A stretch of DNA of 64,000 bases from Zancudomyces culisetae HAW-14-8 (Eukaryota; Fungi; Kickxellomycota), in assembly GCA_052426225.1 (NCBI GenBank), contig JBNJNM010000006.1, positions 2,170,001 to 2,234,000 of the forward strand, in the 5' to 3' direction. The notes beneath the pieces were generated by a model. That model made no database searches. It had not been told where the DNA came from and was given only the letters and a program-made list of their open reading frames with translations. How positions within the stretch are numbered: position 1 is the stretch's first letter; each line of letters starts with the position of its first letter. Positions 39,253 through 49,216 of the stretch are shown piece after piece. The translations under genes were made by a program, and so were the position numbers.

Positions 39253-42200
39253 ATGTTATCTTGGGATGGAGTAGGACGGAATAACCAGGACTATGGTTCA
39301 GACGCTAGAGATATGGATTTGAGAGACATTAGCGAGCTAGGGATTGAAGATAACGCAGCCTTTGATTTCGACATGAATCTTTCCTCAGACATTTTTGGTT
39401 TGGAGGAGCAAAATTGGACCAAATTTTTTGGGGATAACAACAAGCTCTTGGAGGAAATGAAAGGCAAGAGCAAAAAGGATATGATAATGTCGGATAGTTT
39501 TTTAGATAATGGCGATTTCTCTGGAATAAATTTGCTGGAACCAGGCGTGGGGTTTTCCAAAGCCGGTAGAGGCAATACTAAAAATGAAAAGGTAGAAAAA
39601 CCCAACAAGTCAGGTAAAAAAGGAAAAAACAAAGAAAAGACTAAGGTCTATCTAGGAAGTGATGTAACTGATATGAGGCTTCCGGAAAACTGGCGGTACC
39701 CAAACATTGACTTTTTGCAAGATGGGTATCAATGGAATGAAAATAATACCGGCGAAACATCAGGCGGTGGCGGAAGCTTGGGAAGTAGAGATAAATCTAA
39801 TGAAGGGACACGGATGGGACAATCTGTAAAAAAGTGGACAAAGGAGGAAAACGAGCGGATAATGGTTGAAATAAAAGACCTGATACGCCGCGGATACAGC
39901 GTCTCTGACACCGGTAAAGATGGAGGAAAGATAATAGGAGATCAAGAATGGGAATATATAGCTAAAAGGATGGGAGAATTGGGAAATGTGAGAACGGCAG
40001 CACAGTGCAAGAGAAGATGGAAGCTGTTGTATCAAAAACTGGGTGCGAGACTTGTGGAAGGTTCGGATTCGGGTATGGCTTCGGCTTCGGCTGCAGTTTC
40101 AGTCTCATCTTCAGGCCCAGCTCCGAGTACAGGCTCAAAATTAGGAACGGGGTTCGACTTGGGTTTAGAATTTGGGTTGGGGTCAGGTCCCAAAGCAAAA
40201 AAAGTAGAAGAAAAATCAGGGTTTAAGACACCCAAGCGAACAAGATTGATAGTGAATAGCAAAGCAGAGACAACGAAGAATGTTAATAGGGATAAAAGGC
40301 TAGTAGATCTTGGGAGTTTGGGTGGGCCTATGACTGTTGATAGAAAAAAGCAAAGAGCAGTTAGTGAAGCCACAGTAAAACTAGTGGAATCGAATAGTTG
40401 TACGCTTTTTCAGCGAATACAAGGGCTCGAATCCTCAGAAGTAGGTGGTAGTGTGGACTACAGTATCGGGAGGGATATTCTAAAGGGGGATCCCAGTTCA
40501 CAGAATAAAGAGATAGGATGGGACATCTTGGACAAACTGGAGAGTTCGGAGCGGTTTAAATCGAGATTTTATTGTCAGTTGTTATCGGATGTAGTTGATG
40601 CAATGGGGGACCAGTTTTCTAAAGCGGGGATGGCGGTTAAACGGAACAAGTGGAGAAGAGAAATGCAGCTAGAAAAGACATTAAAGCACAGGGAGCCCAC
40701 AGATCAGGATTCGGAGTTAGAAACTAAAGGAAATGAAAGTGTTGGAGAAAACAGAAGGGAACCAATCTGCAATAAGTTGGATTTTAACGCACTTGTGGAA
40801 CTTGCAGGCCAACCGGCGCAAAATACATTCTCAGATTTACCGAAAGATACCAACGATGATACGCAATATCATGAGTTTCTAAGGAGCCTCTCACAAGCAA
40901 CGTCACACATGATGACGCCTAAAGATGCGGCAGTACTAAACCTGAATGATTTGAGCAGCAATACGAAAACAAATACAGGTAAACAGCAGGTGGAGGAGGA
41001 GGAGGATGATGACTATGTTGATGTTAACATTGAAGGGGGTAGTGAGAGCAACTCAGATGCAGAGGATCGCGGTAACAATACAGATTCGGACAACAACAAT
41101 GGTGAGAATGTAAGTGAGGTAAAAGATTTAATAAAAGATTCCGGCCTGGAGTTTGGTGAAGAATTTAATTTGTTTTCTTCAATACTCGATGGGAACCTTG
41201 GGACTACAAAGATGGATCAGCTCAGTGGCGCAGAGGTACAAGAGTGGTTGGAAAACGCAGGGCTGGCACATATTTCACCTATTAAAGCAATCGTAGATGT
41301 AGAAAACACGGTGAATAAGCTTGGAAGGAAGGCCGGCGTGGAAAGTACGCTTGATGTAACGGAGGGTCAACAAAAGGGCGAGTCAGATTGGGAAGAACTA
41401 AAAAAGTCTGTTTTGGGGAATTTGCACATCCCAGAGGACCAGAGGAGAGCAATAATCAACAGTATTGACAATTCTATTCTGTTAACCAAAGGAGTTGATA
41501 GTAAGGCCGTATCTGCAGGACATCTAAAGCGATCAGCAGAACACAACCTTCATTTCAAAAGTCCTAAAAATGCCAAACTGAGTCATGATTTTGGGAAACT
41601 CAGTGCAGGATTGGAGATGGAAAGCCTATTTCAGGAGGCATTGCAGGCAGGAGAAGAGATAGACCTTCAAAAGCAGCCATTTATGCCTGATGACAAACCG
41701 TTCCTGATGGATAGTGGGCAAATGGATCAGCTAAGAAAACAGATGATGGATAACTTTCAGCTTGTTTGCCAGGCCTATTTGATCGAGAGTCTTCAAAATA
41801 GTCCTCATTCCACGGTTGCCCTTCATTGGCGGGCACAGCTGATGGATATCTACAATATGTACCTATATTCTGACAGCAAGTTTGGAAAAAGACCCTTTGA
41901 TGATCCTGATAAGCACTACGTGTCGTTCATGAGCTGCCCTGGCGCTGCTCTGCTCGTTCCTTTTGTTCTGTATTTGGTTGCTGATCTACACTGTACTTTT
42001 CAACTCAACTCTTCTGATGATTCTTCCAGAGCTTCCTCATTTTCCTTTCCTCTCTCCAAACAAATGTCAAAACAAACCGACAAGAACAGATCCAAAAGTC
42101 TGGTTCCTGTTCCCATTGCTCCTCTTCCTTCCAACCCCAACCATAACCATAACCCTAACACTAACACTAATCATCATTCCATTCCTAATCCCAATTCCAA

Positions 42201-43203
42201 TCCAAACCTAACTCCAAATTCCAACTCAAATCATATCTCCTCTTCCTCTTCCTTTGCCTTGTCCCAACCCCTCATTCCTTCGCTGGCCTATTCTTCTCAG
42301 TCTCAGTATTCCTCTACAAACAATACTGCAGTTCCAAACGTTATTCCCGACGAATTGGCTTATAATTCCGATTACCTACTAACATGCACTTTAGTCCAGC
42401 GCGCCTCTAAGGGTCCCAAATGTTCCTGTGTCAAGCAACACATTCCTTCTCACCCGTATATGCTCCAGTATGTGTTTCCTGCTATTTTTCAACAAAATCT
42501 TGATAGGTTGGGCGCAAACATTAGCGATTACTCCGCCTATCTTTCTCCCGACTCGGACCCCATCTGTAAATTAATTGCAACTCAAATCGAAGAGTTTGCG
42601 AATACTGTCAGAAAAGCTCATTTAATGCGCCGAAAAACAGCCAATACCACTTCTAACAGTATTGACCAGTTCTTTGAAAACATAGAGCCTATTGCACCAT
42701 CGCCACAATCATCATCCCTTTTGCTAACCAATGTATCACTACAGCCAAATATTCTTCCTTCCTTTTTACTGACTCTCTGGGTCCCCATTATACAAACCAT
42801 TGGCTGGGATCTTAGTCTTTATCCCGTAATCCAACTTTCGCGTAGATACAAAAATCGTGTCAACTTTCTTCCAAAAGAAGACAAGTTAATCCTGCGTGCT
42901 CTAAAGCTATTTGGGTTTGATGATACCGTTTCGATGTGCGGACAACTGATGCCTTGTAAGACCCCCAATCAGCTATCGAATAGAATTCAAAACCTACGTG
43001 CTCGTAGAGCCCCTGCCAATCCTGTAAAACAATTTTATCTACAGCGTGTGGTTCCGTTCAATTTGGTTCAAGAGGATGTCATAAAAGCTGGTGTAATGAT
43101 TTATGGAAAGGACTTCAAAAACTTTAGTCTCGAGTTTTTGGCTTCCTGGCCCCGATCTGTAATTAAACGTGTATGGAGCACCATTTTTGAATCCAACTCT
43201 TGA
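39253..43203 (+). CDS. Myb/SANT protein resembling GON4L/YY1AP1/plant DUO3
   Basis: N-terminal WTKEE...WEYIA...RTAAQCKRRW Myb-like repeat; QLRKQMMDNFQLVCQ; C-terminal FLPKEDKLILRALKLFG...LMPCKTPNQLSNRIQNL...APANPVK. Confidence 0.7.
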   Translation: MLSWDGVGRNNQDYGSDARDMDLRDISELGIEDNAAFDFDMNLSSDIFGLEEQNWTKFFGDNNKLLEEMKGKSKKDMIMSDSFLDNGDFSGINLLEPGVGFSKAGRGNTKNEKVEKPNKSGKKGKNKEKTKVYLGSDVTDMRLPENWRYPNIDFLQDGYQWNENNTGETSGGGGSLGSRDKSNEGTRMGQSVKKWTKEENERIMVEIKDLIRRGYSVSDTGKDGGKIIGDQEWEYIAKRMGELGNVRTAAQCKRRWKLLYQKLGARLVEGSDSGMASASAAVSVSSSGPAPSTGSKLGTGFDLGLEFGLGSGPKAKKVEEKSGFKTPKRTRLIVNSKAETTKNVNRDKRLVDLGSLGGPMTVDRKKQRAVSEATVKLVESNSCTLFQRIQGLESSEVGGSVDYSIGRDILKGDPSSQNKEIGWDILDKLESSERFKSRFYCQLLSDVVDAMGDQFSKAGMAVKRNKWRREMQLEKTLKHREPTDQDSELETKGNESVGENRREPICNKLDFNALVELAGQPAQNTFSDLPKDTNDDTQYHEFLRSLSQATSHMMTPKDAAVLNLNDLSSNTKTNTGKQQVEEEEDDDYVDVNIEGGSESNSDAEDRGNNTDSDNNNGENVSEVKDLIKDSGLEFGEEFNLFSSILDGNLGTTKMDQLSGAEVQEWLENAGLAHISPIKAIVDVENTVNKLGRKAGVESTLDVTEGQQKGESDWEELKKSVLGNLHIPEDQRRAIINSIDNSILLTKGVDSKAVSAGHLKRSAEHNLHFKSPKNAKLSHDFGKLSAGLEMESLFQEALQAGEEIDLQKQPFMPDDKPFLMDSGQMDQLRKQMMDNFQLVCQAYLIESLQNSPHSTVALHWRAQLMDIYNMYLYSDSKFGKRPFDDPDKHYVSFMSCPGAALLVPFVLYLVADLHCTFQLNSSDDSSRASSFSFPLSKQMSKQTDKNRSKSLVPVPIAPLPSNPNHNHNPNTNTNHHSIPNPNSNPNLTPNSNSNHISSSSSFALSQPLIPSLAYSSQSQYSSTNNTAVPNVIPDELAYNSDYLLTCTLVQRASKGPKCSCVKQHIPSHPYMLQYVFPAIFQQNLDRLGANISDYSAYLSPDSDPICKLIATQIEEFANTVRKAHLMRRKTANTTSNSIDQFFENIEPIAPSPQSSSLLLTNVSLQPNILPSFLLTLWVPIIQTIGWDLSLYPVIQLSRRYKNRVNFLPKEDKLILRALKLFGFDDTVSMCGQLMPCKTPNQLSNRIQNLRARRAPANPVKQFYLQRVVPFNLVQEDVIKAGVMIYGKDFKNFSLEFLASWPRSVIKRVWSTIFESNS

Positions 43204-43443
43204 TTTTTCTATAGTTTTATTATCTTTTTTATTTTACTTTTGTTTGATTGAAATAGCGGTTTATCAAATCTTTTTTATGTTGATCACTTTAAAAGGGATA
43301 TTTACTTTGGCTTAATTTTAAATATATGACAGACACATGTACTTTAATTTTATAGACTTTATTTAAATGTAGTCTTGGAGTATAAATAGTTAATAAATGG
43401 AAATATGACGGTGATATATATATCAAAAAAATTCACATATAAA

Positions 43444-45124
43444 CTACAAAAGGCTATATCCTGAATTATTGTTCGAAGTATCTGAACGTATTCTACTTGC
43501 GGGTGTAGACGTAAAGCTTTCATTACCATCACCAGGTATACTTCTCTCAGCAGATGTTTCATTACTATCTTTAGCAATGGAAAGCACTTTGTGGTTCTGG
43601 AGAGTTTTCGACTTCTTGCCACTTTCGAGTTTCAAGTTGGATTGCAAATCAGGAGCATTGGATGTAGAGTTCTGGAATAGTTGAATACTATTGTACGACT
43701 CGGAGTTTGGGTTAACTGCCCCATTTCCATCTACAGCAATACCAGAAGGTGGAGTGTCCTGAGAAGAGTTAAGATTAGCATTGTGGTTAGAATTACCAGC
43801 AGTGGGCGGGTTAATAGCAGATGGTTGTTTAACACCGATTCGTGATGCAGACCCTGGCGTAGTGTTTACCAATGTTGTAGTAGAGTTCGATTTAGTCGCC
43901 TCGCTTTGTAAGGCCGTGGGCAATTTGGAAGTCCCACGATTAGGTTTTGGCAGACCACTACTGCCACTTCCCCGACCGAGAATTCTACCGCCAGTACTGC
44001 CTCTTCCTTGAACGCCTCCTCCACTGCCACTCTGGGTCCTGCTGGTATCATGGTACCCTCCAGCTACAAACGGTAAGTGTTGGTATTCTTTACAGTCCCG
44101 TGTGCATACATATCTAGGGCTTTTTAATACGAAGTTTGGCATCAGCTTTTGTTCCATCCGCGAAAGAAAATCATAACTCGGTGTTACAAATTTGAACCAG
44201 CCAAAAGAATCTAGAATATAAATTGAATTGTATTTTAAATTGAGAAATATGAACATGAATGAAGAATTATAAAATACTTACACATATATCCGATTAGCAA
44301 GCCGGTTAAATGGCCAATAAAAGAGCTTTCTGGGACCAGTAATGTTATCAGCAACAAAAGTAGCGGTGGGTAATATATTCGTTTAATAGTAACCAAGCCA
44401 AACAAGCTATTTTTAGTCATATAAATATATAATAGGTTATACATAGCAATTCATTTGAAACATAATAGTAAAGTGAACGGATTTAGAATGTACCTGACTA
44501 CATTTGGCTGTTGAAGACTATCCCAGGCTAGAAGAGTAAACACTAGCCCACTTATTCCACCAATATAATTACCAGGTTTATTAAGTACATATGTTGACAT
44601 TGTAATTGCAGTCAGTACTGCTGGAATTGGAAGAAAAAGTAGAATAAGCGTTATGAGGTACATGGCGGTTCCAAAAGATTTCTCAAAATCAACACTCGCA
44701 GGAAGAAAGGCCATTGTGTTAAACAAAATGTGAGAGAACCCAAAATGAATAAACGCATATGTAAAAAGCCTCCATACTAGAGTAGGTAAAAAAACAAAAC
44801 AAGGTCAGTAGAGGAAAGCATATAATATAGAATTTACTTACATTGAAACATAGTGAGTCCCAACCATTGTAGAGTAAGAGTAAATTTCCACTGAGAAATG
44901 CCGAAAATCGAAAGAATGGCCCCGGTAAGAAAAATTGTTAAAATTACAAAAACTAGAGTAAATGTAAGAAGTGGAATACCAAAATAGTATGCTTTTAACC
45001 TACGGCCAAGTTCTTGTCGTAAGTCAATTTGAGAATTAGGCCTCAAAACCATAACATGATTTGAGGGAATTGTCCCATTATAAGGATTGACAGAATCGTG
45101 ATTTAATGTTCGAATATTTGACAT
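43444..45124 (-). CDS. Rhomboid intramembrane protease (RBD2/RHBDD1-like), multi-exon
   Basis: TM segments; TYAFIHFGFSHILFN, catalytic GISG and SFIGHLTGLLIG motifs; disordered C-tail. Confidence 0.8.
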
Positions 45125-48100
45125 TGTGTTTTGAATTAACACTATTTCCAATATGGCTATATTATATTTAATACCCTAATTTCTATTTCCAGCGAATCAA
45201 TCCTAAATGTTAACTGGGTTAGAATATTTTTGCTTGGAAAATTAGTTATTACTATAAAAATATAAATGAGCTTTGTTGCCAATTAGAGCACAAATAAAAT
45301 GGGTCTAAATCGCCAAATGTAGTATAAATGGGTAACTTTATTACCACGAGAGTAAATTATAATATAAAGTATAATTATACTATAGCAAAAACAAGTCAAA
45401 CTAAAGCCGCATATGAACTAGTCTAGCTTCCCCCAAAAACTTGTTCTCTGTTTTCAACGGTTCTTTGTTTTTTTATATTTCTTTTGGGACGGACTATTCT
45501 GTAATATGGATATAGTTAATGAAATCTTAAATATAATAGTAAATGGAATTGATCCTGGATCATTCCTTGAGACTTTTAGTGTTCGTTGTGAAGAGACGCT
45601 CTTCGTTATAGATACTCTCTGTATAAAGATTCTATTCTATATCGATACCTTTGTACAAAGACTTTAATTGCAAAGGAAACTCTTTGTACTTTGTGTCATA
45701 TCTACTGTCATATGTCCTATCAAATCCATGCTGAAGCTCCACCAATCAGGATCCCAAGGTTCGTTCTACTGCACTATATTATATTTATAAGATTACAATA
45801 TAAAACATTCTATGACAGCATGTGCTGCTTAATCGACTAGAGCCATTTACCTTCAAATCGATAAATATCATGTAAAAATTCAATTACTGATAGAAAAGGC
45901 TGAAATAAATATAAAATGCAATTTATACTGGTAAAGTTTGGATAGAATACAATAGTGCATACACAGGTCCAATGTAGAAATAGTATGAAACAGACTTACA
46001 CTAAAAGTTAAATGTCAGAGTTAATGGATTTAAAGAACAGTACTATTTGCAAAACAAAAGTAAGAAAATAAAAAAGTAAATAAAACAAATACATGTGTGG
46101 TAGTTCAGAAAGGCTATATCATTTTAGCTGGAATAAATTACAATATTAGCAGACTAAAACGATCAAATAGAACAAGAAATTAACTTAATAAAGAAAAATC
46201 GATCTAGGAAAGGTATATAGTAGATAAATAAGAATACAAATGAGATAAAAGCGATGGGATATTTTAATTCTTTAACAAAGCATTTTTCACAGATTAATTA
46301 ACTATTTTGTTAGCGTTTAAAATACTAGTAATAGATTTTAACATAAGTAGCTTGTAACGTTCATAAACTGATAAAAGACTGTCAGGCGGAATAGGGCAGT
46401 GTCTCGTTCTTGGTCAGATTTCTCATGCTTAGAAAGTGCTGAAGCGCGAGTTTTTTAAATGGGACTATTGGGTAATGTGACAATTATAGTTTAAGGTTAT
46501 GGATGCCATGTCAAAAAGATGCTGTCTGACTGATACCAGCATTCACCTTTGTACTTCTGAATGATGGATGAATAGATTATCTATATGAATACTGACATGT
46601 TTGCGATTTTAAATTTTTATTTAATACTTTCTGAACTATTAAGTGATAGCTCTACTCATAAATATTCCACAAATTATAATTTTTTTTAATTTCTTGTTTG
46701 CTAATAGATTTAAAAATAAAAAATTAATTGAGGAACGACTTTTGAGTCTTCCTTTCATTAATCATATCTATTATTTTCTTATATACTAATAACATATTTA
46801 TACAAATTATGTTATGCCTTTTTTACTGAATTTTTAAACTGTGGCTTGACTCTTTTTGTAACAGATTATATACTATAATTAATTATTATAGTTCTATATA
46901 TTTGGTGTTCATAATTTAATTAATGTGAAGTTTTTTTCTTAAAATAATTGTTGTAATTATAAGAATTGAAAATTAAGTACTTTATAGTTGATATTATAAT
47001 AATGATGAGAGAAGTTTGATATATGTACCTGAGCTGTATGTGTTCATTAATAATCGAAGTACAAAAATGACTAAATTATAAACAGAATATATTGTAAATA
47101 TTATATTTATCTGATATATTGTTAAGCGAAATAAAAGGCAGTGTTTAGTAAAGCAGTGATTATGTCATAGTACTCGGGATTATGAATCACTTAATTATAC
47201 AGATTGCTGTATTGTATGATAATAATTACATAAAATATTGAACATATAATTAAACTCTATTTAAGGTACTGAAACAAAGTACTAAATGTCAAGTTAATCA
47301 AAAAAGATGCCAAGTTGTCAATTTTACTAAATTGTATCATTTATATTGCTTGTGTTTCTGATACACACTTTACCAACATAGATCGTTTTTAAAAATTGAG
47401 CCAATTGCTTCCTTTGGTAGTTCTAATATGCTATGTATTGCAAGAAATTATCTAGAAAAAAAAAGTGAAGTAGTATTAATAGAATGAGAACAGCAAATAA
47501 CTTACATTCTGTGTAATACCATTAGAAAAACTTAAGCGAATGAGAAAAGTTAAATATTAGCAACTGAGGATAATAACTAAATCCTTTTTTCTAGAAATCA
47601 ATAGGATTCACGGCTAATTTGAACTACCAATGTGAGCAAGCAAAATCAATAATAAGGTAAAGTTAATGTTAGTAAAGTGAACAGGAGAGCAATCATCGAA
47701 TATAAAGAACACAAGACTCCTTAGCCTTCTCTTAACATAAAATACTTTTCATAAAAGTATAATTTAGATACTAATGCCATCTAGACTTGTTATAATTTAC
47801 AGAATTTAATATACTTGAAACAGTAATATAAGTATTTAATACATTAAAAAAAGGATATTGTAATAAATAGTAGTTGTAATAAGAAATCTAGTTATTTTTT
47901 CAGCTAATGTGAAGACTGAGTTTAGCATACACATATTATTTCATTTATACTTAGGTCTCGGATCACTTCAATAGTTCTGATTGTCGTAATAAGAGTGTTT
48001 TAATATATTTGATATATTAATAAAAATACTAAGTAAAACTATATTAGTTAAAAGTACTAACTGTAACTAATATGTTTATAAATTATGTGTAAATTAGAGT

Positions 48101-48283
48101 CGTTAATAAAGGATAAAGATATATCTTTTAGTTGTCAGTACTCGTTTTAACACTTTATCATCCTAGATAGTTAAATTATTGATTCCGCCTTGCGCTCACT
48201 GGTGGTTAAAATTGCTATGGAATCGTAATGGATTCGTTAGAATAAGAATGTAGCCGTTAAACTATAATAAAAAGATTGAAAGA

Positions 48284-48356
48284 TGATCCAGCCAGGACTC
48301 GAACCTGGAATCTCTTGATTCGTAGTCAAGCGCCTTATCCATTGGGCCACAGGACC
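48284..48356 (-). tRNA. tRNA-Arg(ACG)
   Basis: GGTCCTGTGGCCCAATGGATAAGGCGCTTGACT-ACG-AATCAAGAGATTCCAGGTTCGAGTCCTGGCTGGATCA: 73-nt cloverleaf with A and B boxes and a T5 terminator about 10 nt downstream. Confidence 0.96.
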
Positions 48357-48370
48357 TATATTGTTTGTCG

Positions 48371-49216
48371 TGTCGTAATAATCATAATTCGTGTAACCAT
48401 GATTATTAAGTTCATCATGTGTCATACCAGTTCGGGTATGACCACTTGATGAAGATGCACCACTACCCCGTAGTGTGATGTGCATAATAGGGTGCTCGGG
48501 TGAGCTGTTTCCCCTATACAATGTCGGTGAGATACTGCTCACGGACATTGGTTCTGGGCTCCTACGGATTTGGAGTTGACGGACACTTTCTGTCAACTCC
48601 CCAAGAGTCCGAGGACTTAAAACCCCAGTCTCTTGGTCCATGCTACTAGCCGTGCTCAGGCTGGAGCTAGTTTCTGAATCCCTCTTGGATTTACTCTTGT
48701 TATAAAAGAAATAGTTCATGATGTTTGGTTATTTATTATATGTATATACTTTTAAAGTTTGTTTTATTGAGTTTATTAACTATACTATTTAATCCGTAAA
48801 GTAGGACATGGATAAAGTTACCTAATAGACTACTCTATCAATTATATATATGATTAAAAACTTAAATGTTAACCTCGTTTTTCAATATAATAAATTAACT
48901 ATACACTATTATTATGCTGTTAAGTATACTAATAGTTTTGTTTCATAATTGCAGCATACGTGCAATTAAGATTATGTGTGGGAACACATAATCATTAAAA
49001 TTATTTGATGTTCAGTATGAAAACATATTTCGTACTAGAATCATCATTATTGAATGGACTCAGCATGTAGAATTTATTTCATGCTGAGTCGAAATTAATT
49101 TGAACAAAAATTTAAACGACAATAAAAATTATAAAAATTGGCATTCCGCAATGAGTGTACAACAAAATTTCTTGTACACTATTCGGATTTGCATTACAAT
49201 TCGGCTTATTGCGACA
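48371..49216 (-). repeat. Element B 3' LTR (846 bp)
   Basis: Direct repeat of 59463-60308 with no differences found by eye; TG...CA ends with a 10/11 terminal inverted repeat. Confidence 0.96.

Noticed and set aside
45540-45780. Possible degenerate gag remnant on the minus strand
   Set aside because: Only a vague LIGGASAW resemblance with stops; insufficient.
46380-46531. TGTCAGGC...GTCTGACT as a solo LTR
   Set aside because: Imperfect ends, no TSD and no second copy in the window.
48366-48370. TGTCG as a 5-bp TSD or tandem stutter of B's LTR end
   Set aside because: The right flank is GTCGT, so only GTCG is duplicated; TGTCG is better explained as the displaced end of C's LTR.
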